Shown piece by piece: positions 23,036-36,429 of a DNA stretch of 64,000 nucleotides. How positions within the stretch are numbered: position 1 is the stretch's first letter; every line of letters starts with the position of its first letter. Origin of the DNA: Eledone cirrhosa (lineage: Eukaryota). The notes under the pieces are model-generated. The model worked only from the letters and a program-made list of their open reading frames with translations, searched no databases and was not told the origin of the DNA. The translations under genes and the position numbers were made by a program. The stretch is taken from positions 330,708,001 to 330,772,000 of the forward strand of contig OZ024743.1 in the NCBI GenBank assembly GCA_964016885.1, written 5' to 3'.

Positions 23036-25001
23036 TACAAGGGGTGCTGAAAACGTTCCTGGCTTTAAAGGAATCGAGAAAGTATAGAGATGTTACCTTT
23101 ACAGGGGAGGGGAGGGTCACTGTATTAAGTGTGTGAATCTCAGAGGGGAATATGTTGAATAAAATCATGATTAACTGATCCTCCTGTATTATCTTTCAAC
23201 TGATCCTCCTGTATCTTTCAACTGATCCTCCTGTATCTTTCAACTGATCCTCCTGTATTATCTTTCAACTGATCCTCCTGTATCTTTCAACTGATCCTCC
23301 TGTATCTTTCAACTGATCCTCCTGTATTATCTTTCAACTGATCCTCCTGTATCTTTCAACTGATCCTCCTGTATTATCTTTCAACTGATCCTCCTGTATT
23401 ATCTTTCAACTGATCCTCCTGTATTATCTTTCAACTGATCCTCCTGTATTGTCTTTCAACTGATCCTCCTGTATCTTTTAACTGATCCTCCTGTATCTTT
23501 TAACTGATCCTCCTGTATTATCTTTCAACTGATCCTCCTGTATTATCTTTCAACTGATCCTCCTGTATTATCTTTCAACTGATCCTCCTGTATTGTCTTT
23601 TAACTGATCCTCCTGTATTGTCTTTCAACTGACCCTCCTGTATCTTTCAACTGATCCTCTTGTATTGTCTTTTAACTGATCCTCCTGTATTGTCTTTCAA
23701 CTGACCCTCCTGTATTATCTTTCAACTGATCCTCCTGTATCTTTCAACTGATCCTCCTGTATCTTTTAACTGATCCTCCTGTATTATCTTTCAACTGAAC
23801 CTCCTGTATTATCTTTCAACTGATCCTCCTGTATTATCTTTCAACTGATCCTCCTGTATTATCTTGTAACTGATCCTCCTGTATTATCTTGTAACTGATC
23901 CTCCTGTATTATCTTTCAACTGATCCTCCTGTATCTTTCAACTGATCCTCCTGTATTATCTTTCAACTGATCCTCCTGTATTATCTTTTAACTGATCCTC
24001 CTGTATTATCTTGTAACTGATCCTCCTGTATTATCTTTCAACTGATCCTCCTGTATTGTCTTTTAACTGATCCTCCTGTATTGTCTTTCAACTGACCCTC
24101 CTGTATCTTTCAACTGATCCTCTTGTATTGTCTTTTAACTGATCCTCCTGTATTATCTTTCAACTGAACCTCCTGTATTATCTTTCAACTGATCCTCCTG
24201 TATTATCTTGTAACTGATCCTCCTGTATTATCTTGTAACTGATCCTCCTGTATTATCTTTCAACTGATCCTCCTGTATCTTTCAACTGATCCTCCTGTAT
24301 TATCTTTCAACTGATCCTCCTGTATTATCTTTTAACTGATCCTCCTGTATTATCTTGTAACTGATCCTCCTGTATTATCTTTCAACTGATCCTCCTGTAT
24401 CTTTCAACTGATCCTCCTGTATTATCTTTCAACTGATCCTCCTGTATTTCTCTTTAACTGATCCTCCAGTATTTTCTTTCAACTGATCCTCCTATATTTT
24501 CATTCAACTGATCCTCCTGTATTATCTTTTAACTGATCCTCCTGTATTATCTTTCAACTGATCCTCCTGTATTTTCATTCAACTGATCCTCCTATATTTT
24601 CATTCAACTGATCCTCCTTTATTTTAGTTTAACTGATTCTCCTGTATTTTCCTTTCCTCAAAACCAGGAATATTTCATCACCCCGATAGATTAAAAGAAA
24701 ATCAGGGTAGCTAATAAGATACTGTTGGTATATAGTGTGTGGTGTATGGTGAAAGGTGATGGTAGTGTAGTGGTGTTGGTAGTGTTGGAATCATATGTTG
24801 GTAATATGAGCGGAGATATTGGTATGTTAGTGTGGCTGACACTATTAGTATTACCATTCCAATTTCCACACTGTCTCAATCTCTCTCTCTTTCGTTTGTG
24901 TGTGAATCTGAGAGGGGAATATGTTCAATAAAATCCTAATTAACTGATCTTCCTGTATTTTCTTTTACTTAAAGCCAGGAACTGTTCAACACACCCTCGT
25001 A
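23036..25001. mobile_element. Tc1/mariner-type MITE(s) hosting a satellite
   Basis: TIR tacaaggggtgctgaaaacgttcctggcttt versus aaagccaggaactgttcaacacaccctcgta (24971-25001), plus a degenerate end at 24661-24688. Confidence 0.7.
23173..24650. repeat. 22/25-bp minisatellite, ~60 copies
   Basis: Unit aactgatcctcctgtat(tat)ctttc. Confidence 0.97.
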
Positions 25002-25347
25002 TGTTCAGTTTTCTGTCAGTTTTGCTAGTTCATTTAGTGACCAGTTGAGAATAATTATAACTATAGCCTATTACTTCGATAGCTAGTGTATTAATGCTTA
25101 ATGTTTTATGAGTGTTTTTTTTTTTTGCATCTAGTTTCGTTTCAAATTCAAATCTAATAAGTTTATAACGTTCATTCCTATACTTTTCTTGCATTTGTGT
25201 CTAATTCATTTGTTTCTAAGTAGTTGTAAGTCTGTGTTTGATCAAATTATCTTCTTTATATAAATCTATTTAGTAAATTCGTATGCTGTCTGATGCAGTG
25301 TTTCTAATTGTTTATTAAACTAGCGTTGTGTCTAAATCAGAAGCTAT

Positions 25348-25795
25348 TGCGGTAGATTGATAGTATCGGTAGAGTCTCGGACATAATGCATCACAGAATA
25401 GAGTTACGGCCCTTTATGTTCTGAGTTCAAATCCCGTCGAGGTTAGCTTTGCCTTTCTTCCTTATGGGTTCAATAAAATAAAGTACCAGTAATGCACTGG
25501 GTCGATTTAATCGACTTTCCCCTCGCTTTCAAATTGCTGGCCTTGTGCCTAAAGTAAAGACAATTATTATTATTAAGGGCGGTGGATTAGTAATATCGGT
25601 AGAGCGTCGGACAACATGCTTTGCGGCATATAGTTGCATCCCTTTACGTTCTGAGTTCAAATCCTGCCATGGTTAGCTTTGCTTTTCATCCTGACAGGGT
25701 CGATAAAATAGAGTACGAGTAATGCACTGGGGTTGATTTAATCGACTTTCCCTCCTTTATATAAAAATATTGACCTTGTGCCTAAATCAGAAACC
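25348..25795 (+). mobile_element. Two tandem Meta-like SINE copies
   Basis: Same family as 16608-16795. Confidence 0.85.
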
Positions 25796-26320
25796 CTTAT
25801 TATTCTTATTTTTTCAATGAATGGAAACAATTTTGCTCAATATATTTTCGAAACCGCCAAGGATTGTGTGACGGGAAATTACCATTAGATAAATTCTAAG
25901 TATTGATCAAATGATATTGTTATCCTTACTTTAGAAACGAGAGAGAAACGCTGCCTATAATATAGATACAAGTGACTTTGTTATTTATAGAAAACATCAG
26001 AATTACGACCATTTTCGATAGAAATAATTTATTTTCTCTCCCCTTCTTGCCCAATTATTTACACCTTTAAGGCATTAGTGACATCGCTCCACCTATTGAG
26101 ATGCATTCTGGGATTGCAATGTTACCTAACATACCATAACATGACAGAAATTCGAAGGACCGTCTTCTTTTTCTTATTCATTTCCTCACGTCTCTCCTTT
26201 CATAGTCACACATTTAGACACTTTCTCATTCTCGATCAAATTCCCCCCCCCCTAACTCTCTCTCTTTCTCTCTTCCTCTCTTTCCACCTCTAACTCTCTC
26301 TCTCCCTCTCTCTCTCTCGC

Positions 26321-26360
<40 letters not shown>

Positions 26361-26735
26361 CCTGTTACTCACTCTCTTCTCTATATATCTACCATTTTCT
26401 CTCTCCCCTTCTTCCCCCCTCTCTCTCTCTCGCTGTTACTCACTCTCTTCTGTATCATTTCCTCTCTCCCCGCCACTCCAACTCTGGTCTATAGCCTTGC
26501 TTCCTTCTCACCACCCATTAATGCTATCTATGTCTTTTCTCTAATAGCCGCCATATTTGGCACAGCATCAAACCTTCGAATGAGCTTTGTCTATAATTGA
26601 AAATTCAAATAAAGGGTGATCGTTTATGCTTTAGGTAAGTCTGTGGCAAAGTGAACTAAATGATATCACGTGCTGTTATATTACCAATGATTCGCACATG
26701 CCAGACTTAACTGGCTGTTTACAACAGCGAAAGCA

Positions 26736-26813
<78 letters not shown>

Positions 26814-26944
26814 GTGAGGTTTTTTTTACAAAATGAAAAATAACCGAGGTGTCCTACACGAGTGGAAGTATAAAGAAAAAGGGATGAAATCGAAAATGCA
26901 ACTGAAGTCTTATTTTTTAAAAAAATATATATATTTATTTGGTT

Positions 26945-26982
26945 CCTTTACCGGTTTCGCAGTTCTTCTGCTTTTCAAAAGG
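26945..26982 (-). ncRNA. Minimal hammerhead with U3-A8 core
   Basis: cctt-TTGAAAA-gcag aagaa ctgc-GAAA-ccgg-TA-aagg. Confidence 0.8.
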
Positions 26983-27504
26983 TGAGTTGAGATGGAGGGT
27001 CTGTGGTTTTTCTCACATCTGGTTGGTCTCTAAATGTTACTTGTTTTATATGGAAAAAGTGGCTCGAAAACCAGGTTTTTCGAGTAGTAATTTGATTGGT
27101 TTGTCAATAATTATAATAAATTTCGCGCCAGTTCGCGTTACAATAGTTCTTCAAATAAGAGAGGGGGGGGGGGGGGGGGGTTGTCACAGGTTGTTTTTTC
27201 ATATATGAGTGTTTGAATTTCTTTTTACCTTGAAAAAATGAGGCTCACGAAGGTTTTTTTTTGGTTGGTTATAAATGAAATTTGGCTGTCACGTGAACAA
27301 GTTTTCATTACATTTTTGCGCCCTTATTTGGAAAACTATTCTGTAGTCTTTATAGTGAATGTTATGACAATGGAGAGATAGTGGTCAAGGGAAAAGGGAT
27401 TGGGAGAAATGTTCTGGTTCAGTGAATATGGCCAGCTGTCAGAGTTCAGGTGTCAGAGTTCAGATTTTCTATTGAGACTGAAGATATGTGTTTATTTGTG
27501 TGCT

Positions 27505-27537
<33 letters not shown>

Positions 27538-28009
27538 ATGTGTGTATTGGAAGATGATTCTATTAGTAGAGATGGGGGAGGGAGTTGTGTGTTATGTGTG
27601 TGTGTGCGAGTATGTTAGATAGAGAGAATATATATTTTGTGTGTGTATATATATATGTGTGTAGGAAAGTGGTTCTATTAGTAGAAATGGGGAGGGTGTT
27701 GTAGGTGTGGGGGTTGTTATGTGTGTGTATGGGTGTTATGTGTGTGGGAGTATGGTTAGCATGTTAAGATGAAGAGAATATATATATATATATATATTGT
27801 GTGTGTGTGTATGTGTGTGTGTAGGAAAATGATTCCTTTAGTAGGAATATTTTTGAATGAACATATTTTCCTGACTTTTTCGTGTTTGCTATTGTATTGC
27901 CAGTGCAAACGTATGTTTAAGGTTTATTTAGTTCGGATTTTTATTTTCTAAAGTAGAAGGTGTTATGTGTGTGTGTGTATGTCATATTGTGGTGTTGACA
28001 TAATGTATA

Positions 28010-29235
28010 TTAAACCTTATTTAATGTTGGTCTATATTTTTGAATAAACATATTTTCCTTATTTATTCGCATTTGTTCTGTTGTATTGTTAGCGCAAAGG
28101 TAAAATGGGAAGACTTGGAATTTGGGTGTCCTATTACTTGCGCAAATGTCTAGATGTGCACTTAGTGGTATCTGTCTCGTGGTTGGATCTCGTAATTGTT
28201 GGCGATGAACTGTCATTCTGTTTCTGAGTGTGAGTTTAGTTTGTCCTATATAATCTTCAGTGCATCCTTTACATTTAATGGCATAAATTAGATTTTTTGA
28301 TGAGCAAGTGAAGTGATTTTTTACAGTAAAATTTTGTCCTGATTTAAATGTATACGTGTTGCCTTCAATGAGGTGAGTGCAGGTTCCACAATTAGAGCGA
28401 CCACATTTTTTGATACTTGGTTGTGGGTTTGTGGTAGGTAATTTGGCATTGGTGAGTAATGTTTTCAGTGATTTTGGTTGTCTTTTGCTTTTTATTATTT
28501 TGTGTGTTTCAAGGGCTTTTTTCATTCTTGGGTTTTGTTTTAGTAGTGGGATGTTATTGTGAATAGTGTTGTAAGCTTCCGCATTTCTTGGGTTGTGTGT
28601 TGAGATATATGATAGAATATTGGACGTACCTTGAATTTGTTTCTGTTTCCGTAATTCATCAATGCCTATTGCTTTAGCCCTTTCTATTCCATTATTTATT
28701 AGTAATAGTGGGTACTCTCTCTCAAGTAGAATTTCCTTTAATTCTTGAAGTCTTTTATTTCGCGTTTCATAATTGGAGACAATTGTGCAAATTCTTCTTG
28801 CTAGGTTAAAAGGAATGTTCGTCTTCGTGTGCTTTGGATGGTTGGAGGTGAATAGCAGATATTGTTTGGAATCTGTTGGTTTGTAGTGTATGTCAGTTTC
28901 GATATTTGTGTCTTTTTTTGTGATTAAGATGTCCAGAAATGGGAGTTGATCTTGGCTGTATTCCATTGTGAATTGGATGTGGTTATTGATGCCGTTTATT
29001 AAGTTTTTGAAATCCTTCAGTTGGTCGAGTGTGTGGGACCAAAGAATGAGGCAATCATCCAAGTAGCGTTTCCAATTCTCTGATAAATATTTGTGGAAGT
29101 TCAATCCGTATTTTGATTTGGACTGTTCATATATCTGGACTTCTAAGTATGCCATGACTAAGTTGGCATAAGTTGGAGCGGCTTTTGTGCCCATCGCAGT
29201 CCCCGATATTTGCTTGTAAGTATTGCCATCGAAAT
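28010..29235 (-). CDS. PLE RT C-half plus GIY-YIG
   Basis: [59 protein letters not shown]. Confidence 0.93.
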
Positions 29236-29326
29236 ATTATATATATATATACATATATGAATATTTATATATATATATATATATATATACATATATATTA
29301 TATATATATATACATATATATATGCA

Positions 29327-29426
<100 letters not shown>

Positions 29427-29535
29427 TATTATATATATATACATATATATATGCATATATATACATATATATATATATATATATTCAATGATATTAAATA
29501 ATATGTATATATATATATGTATGTATGTATATATG

Positions 29536-29580
<45 letters not shown>

Positions 29581-29600
29581 ATATATATATATATATATAT

Positions 29601-30050
29601 AAGCAGAAGGGATATTCAATTTGTTGGTAATTCAACAAATATAATTGTTTATAACTGATTCAGAGCACTCTACAGACTTTCTGGAGTATAATATACAATG
29701 ATATTAACTGAATGGAAACTATATTTATAAAACCATATTTATTCTATTATATATATTTCAAGGGTACCAAAATGTTGGTACGCTATCATCAGATAAAATA
29801 TGAAGTGTGTTTTATAAATTTTGACATAACCAAGAATATACCTTAACGGTTCAAGAATATACCTTCACTATCCAAGGATAACTTGAACCGTTAAGGTATA
29901 TTCTCCTAGGTTATGTCAAAATTTATAAAACACACTTCGTATTTTATCTGATGATAGCGTACCAAAATTTTGGTACCCTTGATATATATATATAATAGAA
30001 TAAATATGGTTTTATAAATATAGTTTCCATTTATTTAATATCATTGAATA
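29601..30050. mobile_element. ORF-less inverted-repeat mini-PLE (family 6) with a hammerhead in each arm
   Basis: ~29696-29855 is the reverse complement of ~29882-30046; ttttat-CTGATGA-tagcgtacc..ggtaccctt-GAAA-tatata-TA-atagaa; long left tail has GAGTGCT (29664-29670, minus). Confidence 0.82.
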
Positions 30051-30091
30051 TATATATATATATATATGTATATATATGCATATATATATGT

Positions 30092-30137
<46 letters not shown>

Positions 30138-30240
30138 TGCATATATATATGTATATATATATATAATATATATGTATATATATATATATAAATATTCATA
30201 TATGTATATATATATATAATATATATGTATATATATATAT

Positions 30241-32633
30241 GTAGAAATAATACATTTTTCAACCCTCCTTTCAATCTAAACGTCTCTACCAACCTACCTA
30301 AGGCTTTCTTCTCACTACTAGATAAAAACTTCCCATCTGACCACAAGTACCATAGCCTTTGAAACAAAAACACTATTAAAATCTCCTACTCTACTACGCC
30401 TAACATAGCATACCACATAGCTAGTAGCAATAAAAGAAAAATTAATTCTTACTTCCAACAAACTAAATCACAACAGACGATAAACCTTCAAAATAACATT
30501 ATATTAACTAACCCTAATAACAATAGTAATAATAGTAATAGCACTAGTGTAAGCAATAACGCTGGGAACCCCCATAACCATAATCCTATAACTACCATCC
30601 AGACTTCTACACAACATAATAACCGGCAGACTAACACCCAGAATAATTGTAACTGTAGATCAAATAGAACCTGCCCTTTAGATAAAAATGCTTAATCAAG
30701 GATATCCTATACTCATGCACCGTCACAACTAGCAACTCTTCTGAAACCTATATAGGCTCTACTTCAAACTGCTTCAAAACCAGATACAATTCGCACCTCC
30801 ACTCTTTCAAAAAACACAGTCTAGCCAACTCCACTTCACTATCTAGCTACATACACTATCTAAAAACTAAAAATAAATCTTATACACTTAAATGGGAAGT
30901 GATAGGTAACGCGACATCGTACAAACCACCTAATAAATTTTGTAACCTCTGTCTACTAGAGACCCATACTATTATCTTCTCAAACCATAACCTCCTTAAT
31001 AAAAAATCAAAAGTGTTCGCGTCTTGCCAGCACCGCTTCCGACACTCCTTCCAAAACGTTAAACCCAATATATAACAATGTCAGACTTGAACCCGTCACC
31101 ACCTCTAGCAACAAACCTCAATGGTACACCTTACACCACATCTCCACACTCATTGATCCACTTTAACACAAATAGTGACATCCCTCCTAGAACCTTTAAT
31201 CCTAGAGATATCCCCATGTACATCTACTTTTGGTATAATTGCCTTCAATTACTTAGACTACATTACACCACTATATAATTAACGTAAACTTTAAACACTG
31301 AATTGGTTGTGCTAATGTTGTTCTGTGTATGGAGTGCCATCATTGGATAAATGGAAGATTAATTAATTTATTAACATAAAAGAGCTATATAACCTATATG
31401 CTGAGTGCAATGAATTATGTACAAGTGATGTATGAGTTATACATACATGTATGACTTGATGGTCAGATTAGTGACATTGTAAATGAGAACTGATCTCTGG
31501 TCTACCCTAGTAATATTTAACTTTGCCATGCAATCAGACATGCACTGACCCAGAGCTTACCAGGAGTTATATATAGAAGTGATTCTAATAAAACCGTGCC
31601 AGCTTCTGTGGGTAGACTACACTTACAAAGATCATTGATTTGGGGATCTGACTCTTCATGTAGAATATTCAGTTGTGGCACTCTATGATAGAGGGTAATC
31701 ATCCTAATATGAACACCTTTAGTACTTCTTGATAGACTATACTGTAATTTATAGATAGGATACTTAAATTTAGAAACTGTTTATAACCTTATATGATAGG
31801 GACTCATTTGAAACACCATTTAATGTACATTAGGATAATAAATTTAGTTATAGAAATCAGCTAGTTACCTCCCCTCACGCATTAACTCCCCTTAATCACA
31901 CACACACACTTCCGGAAAATAATACGATGTTAATTCTCGCAACAAAAACAACCTGCTCTATAAAATTGGATGAAAGAACAACAAGCTGTAATATTCTAAC
32001 ATAATTCATCAAGCATCCAATATTGAATCATAGTAGATTATGTGAAGGACATATAATCTATATATTACGTTTCCTGGATTGTGAAAATAGTGGTGTATAC
32101 GAAAACCATAACATTGTTTTACTTCTCATTTTTAATATTTTTAATATTTCTCTACACACAAGCTTCTATATCTTACATATAAAAAATACTTTACCAATAC
32201 AACCCCCATAATACTCTTGATTGCCCGCTTAAAGTGCTTGTATTACGTATAACACCCTGCCGCACTATAATCGTATATAAACAAGACACACGTGCATGCC
32301 CCACGTGTAACTATTGCATACACTAACTACTTCTAACTATCCTCTTGCATTTTCTTCGTAAACTGCCAATGTTGTATTTTAACTTTAATTTTGTTTTCTT
32401 AATATGACTTTAATCTTTGAATGTAAATTGCCATGCTAAAATATTATAATGGATGTCAACCCCCTGTGCGTCAATATATACATATGTTTCTGTATGTCTC
32501 TTGTGTTGAAGAGGAGGTTATGTATGTAAACAATCATTGAAAAATTGCTCCGAAGACTCCAAACCTCGGTTTGGAAGAAACAATTGTAGGCGAATAAATG
32601 GTTTAAACAGAACTTTGATTCATGTAATTTCTA
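30241..32633 (+). mobile_element. 5'-truncated degraded PLE family 7 (endonuclease pseudogene 30241-~31075, long 3' UTR)
   Basis: [33 protein letters not shown]; stop at ~30360 and a frameshift ~30690. Confidence 0.88.
32545..32593 (+). ncRNA. Hammerhead with CCGAAGA core
   Basis: ttgct-CCGAAGA-ctccaaacc tc ggtttgga-a-GAAA-caattg-TA-ggcga. Confidence 0.7.
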
Positions 32634-32709
<76 letters not shown>

Positions 32710-32749
32710 TACATATATACATATATATGTATATATATGTATATACATA

Positions 32750-33400
32750 TTAAGACAGGGGGGAAGAAAAAAATGGCTTCACTTGTGCTTTCAACAAATT
32801 TATTTTCTTCACAAAATCCAAAAAGAATTTTTTTCCGGATTAGAAAAATAAAAAAATAAAAAAATGTTATAAATTGAGTCGTTGGTTGTTGGTTAGGTCT
32901 TATGAGTTCTTGGTTAACGTAGGAGGTATTGTTTCGTTTTTAGAAAGACCTTTCACGCTGAGGTGCGCTTGTCAAACTGATGTGTATGTGGTGTGTTGTT
33001 CTATATATAGGGATTTAACATGTCTGTGGTGCGGTGGGGGTTTTTTTCTTCCCCTTTAATAAGTGTAGGGGTGTAGGTGTGTTGAAAAAATGTTAATAGC
33101 AGTAATGAGTTGAGACAGTGAGTAGGGTTGGGTGGGGAGAAATGTAGCAAGCGCGGCCTGCCCCGGTCATTCTCGAAAAATTCCGTTATTCAGGGGAAAA
33201 AGCTTTTAGTATTCCTTTGTATCGTAAATGGTCACAGGCAAACCGCACCTGCCAAGCTTGTAAACAATTATTTTTTTCTGAAGAATTTTTCTACGTCCAT
33301 CCCAAAATTAGTCCTTTGTTCAACACACACATATGTGCGTATATACGTACATACACACACGGGCATATGTAGGAATATATAGGCACACACCATCAATCAC
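32750..33400 (-). mobile_element. Probable orphan PLE 3' UTR
   Basis: Minus 32942-32978 reads agt-TTGACAA-gcgc acctca gcgt-GAAA-ggtc-TT-tct, a degenerate U3-A8 hammerhead; TA flank. Confidence 0.4.
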
Positions 33401-34624
33401 ACACCCATGTAAATATACATCCACATACATACATAAAAACATATAAAGACACATATAAAAACACATACACACATACGTACACACACGAATATGTACTCAT
33501 ACCTCCACATGGGTATATATATATATATATATATACATACATATATATATACACACATAAAGATACATAACTAAATATACATATATACACATACACACAC
33601 ACATACACACACCCACGTGTACACACACACACACACACATATGTCCGTATATATACATCCGTTCACACATACATGCATACACACACACACATATATATAT
33701 ATATATAGAGAGGCATACACATACACATACAATATATATATACATATATACGAGGATTACACACATTTTCCAATATATATATACATATATACATATATAT
33801 GTATATATATATATATATACATATATACATATATATGTATATATATATACATATATACATATATATGTATATATATACATATATACATATATATGTATAT
33901 ATATACATATATACATATATATGTATATATATACATATATACATATATATGTATATATATATACATATATACATATATATGTATATATATACATATATAC
34001 ATATATATGTATATATATACATATATACATATATATGTATATATATATATATATATATACATATATACATATATACATATATATGTTTATATATATACAT
34101 ATATATATATATACATATATATGTATATATATATACATATATACATATATATATACATATATACATATATATGTATATATATATACATATATACATATAT
34201 ATGTATATATATACATATATACATATATATGTATATATATATACATATATATATACATATATATACATATATACACATATATACATATATACTTATATAT
34301 ATACATATATATATACATATATATCTATATATATATACATATATATGTATATATATATAATATTCCCATTCTACAAATTACACAGCCCAAATGAAATCAA
34401 GAGAAAAATCAAAGAAAAGAATTTTATTGATAAATTCAAACCCAAGCTAAATGAACAATAATAACGCCTAGGGGTATTACTTCTACTACCACTATGACCA
34501 CGACCACTAACAACAACAACAACAACAATAATAATAATAATAAAAGTGATGTTGATGGTGATGATTAATAGAAAATGCTATTTTCATCATTTCAAAAAAG
34601 CAAAACAATTGATACGTTGGATAT

Positions 34625-34775
34625 GACTATTGGTCGTTAGCATGTTCAACCAGCCGTGACGCTTAAACCAATCAGCTGTAGTAATTCAGTGAAACTACAC
34701 ACTGATTGGTCGAAATACAGTTTACAGGGCTTTGCATTCTGGAGCCACTTTTCTCTGTATAAAATGTATAAAAGG
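34625..34775 (+). promoter_or_regulatory. Putative Pol II promoter in the pLTR (CCAAT boxes plus TATA)
   Basis: attggt ~34630, aaccaatcag ~34666, ctgattggt ~34702 and gtataaaagg ~34765, upstream of the hammerhead. Confidence 0.5.
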
Positions 34776-34836
34776 TAGGAAATTTACCCATCTCATTACA
34801 GTTGAAAATTGCAAACTCGACTGTCACCACATATCA

Positions 34837-34875
34837 TGAACCTGAAGATTGCGAAAGCATGAAAGTACTTGTTCA
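34837..34875 (+). ncRNA. Minimal hammerhead, 5' pLTR
   Basis: tgaac-CTGAAGA-ttgc gaaa gcat-GAAA-gtac-TT-gttca. Confidence 0.82.
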
Positions 34876-35079
34876 ATTAACACTTAGAATTTAATATTCT
34901 ATCATACTATTTCATTATAATACCATTATATATATTTTAAAGGATTGTAAATAAAACGAGTAAATCAGACAAAGTTGGAATTCCTCTTATTAATATAATC
35001 TTCTATACACAATCATACACACCCGTGTATATTTACCTATCTATATCTATATATATATTCCTATTGTGTATATGCCAAC

Positions 35080-36429
35080 ATGTCTGGAAAGCAACAAATG
35101 AAACCAACAGAATCAGAAAGAATTCTAAAGGAGATATCATCGAAATTATCAACACTTATCACGATGATGGACACACAATCCTCTATTTTAAAGGAAATAG
35201 AAAAACAATCTACAGACGGAAAACTTATAACTGAACATATAAACTCTGAAATTAAGAATTTAGCTGAAATTATACCAACAGTTATCAAAGATACAAGAGA
35301 AAGCCTACCACAACCCCCTTGGATGTCAGAAATAAACGAAAGAAATTTGGAAAACAAAACACATCGAATAAGAAAAGAAATGTGGAAGACATGGAAAAAA
35401 TTCCTTAACATAAGAAAACAAAATTTCTGGAAAGCATACAGATGCGAAAAATATGTCGAAACACATTCGAAATGGCTCTCTCTAACGGCACCCATACTCC
35501 CTCGTAAATACCTAATTACAGAAATTGCAGGAGAACCAGAAGAAGAAACAAAACTCCGATGGGAACTTACATTGACAAAATTCAGGACCGACATCTCCAT
35601 TTCTGAATGTAAACATTCCCGCTACAAAGCCAAATATGAAGCTATTGATGACCAAATTGAAGTTGAAATTTCAAAGCTAACGACTGGTATTATAGCTGAA
35701 AAACTACGAGAACTATGGATCGGAGATATCTCAAAAGAAGAAAACAAATCAAGAAAGGTATGGCAGCAGAAACAATTATTTCTCGATGAATATGCTGCAA
35801 ATTACGGTAAAGACTCTGGAACCCTGAGAAAAAGCATTAAAAGTGGACAATCTCATCAACACAACATACGCCAGAACACGTGCCAACACAAACACTCACC
35901 TTACCTTGAATCAAAGAAGAACTACGGTAATAACTCTTCGCTTTTTCTACAAAAACACCCTATCGCACACAACATGAACAAAAAGCACAAACACGATAGG
36001 TATTCCTTTGACCAGACCATGAGAAGTAGTAAAACCAGGAGATCATTCTCAAGATCTCAACAGAGACTACCAACAAGGAATGTGGAAACAAAACGTAGAA
36101 TAACCAGATCACTCTCAAGATCTCAACAGAGATTGCCCACAAGAAACTGGACGAAAAAACGATCTAAACCTGAAAGCAAACCTAGGTCATTTTCCCAGAT
36201 TGTTAAAAATAATGCTAACAGGAAGAAAAATAATATACAGAATACCAAAAATAGGACAAAATACATAACGAAACCAAATATAATATCACGACCAAAAGTT
36301 CATCAAGCGAACACCAACAGGAATATAAATCCTGAACAGAGAAAAATTCATTTTTTAACGTCAGGACAACAAAAACCGAAAAAAGAAAAACTCCAGGAGG
36401 AAACATACCCAAAACAGCTGTACACGTAG
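35080..36429 (+). CDS. PLE ORF1 (449 aa): helical/coiled-coil-like N half, basic R/S/K-rich C half
   Basis: Uninterrupted ORF immediately after the pLTR; RSFSRSQQRLPTRN repeat; overlaps the ORF2 frame. Confidence 0.8.
   Translation: MSGKQQMKPTESERILKEISSKLSTLITMMDTQSSILKEIEKQSTDGKLITEHINSEIKNLAEIIPTVIKDTRESLPQPPWMSEINERNLENKTHRIRKEMWKTWKKFLNIRKQNFWKAYRCEKYVETHSKWLSLTAPILPRKYLITEIAGEPEEETKLRWELTLTKFRTDISISECKHSRYKAKYEAIDDQIEVEISKLTTGIIAEKLRELWIGDISKEENKSRKVWQQKQLFLDEYAANYGKDSGTLRKSIKSGQSHQHNIRQNTCQHKHSPYLESKKNYGNNSSLFLQKHPIAHNMNKKHKHDRYSFDQTMRSSKTRRSFSRSQQRLPTRNVETKRRITRSLSRSQQRLPTRNWTKKRSKPESKPRSFSQIVKNNANRKKNNIQNTKNRTKYITKPNIISRPKVHQANTNRNINPEQRKIHFLTSGQQKPKKEKLQEETYPKQLYT

Larger units (their letters stand above)
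26807..29235 (-). mobile_element. 5'-truncated Neptune-like PLE (family 5) with ~1.2-kb 3' UTR
   Basis: ORF 28010-29194 plus UTR; TA flanks. Confidence 0.9.

Noticed and set aside
30358-30363. In-frame TGA as selenocysteine (as in some Naiad PLEs)
   Set aside because: It aligns to a non-Cys position (F in the IFNK of other families here) and the copy is also frameshifted; simple decay.
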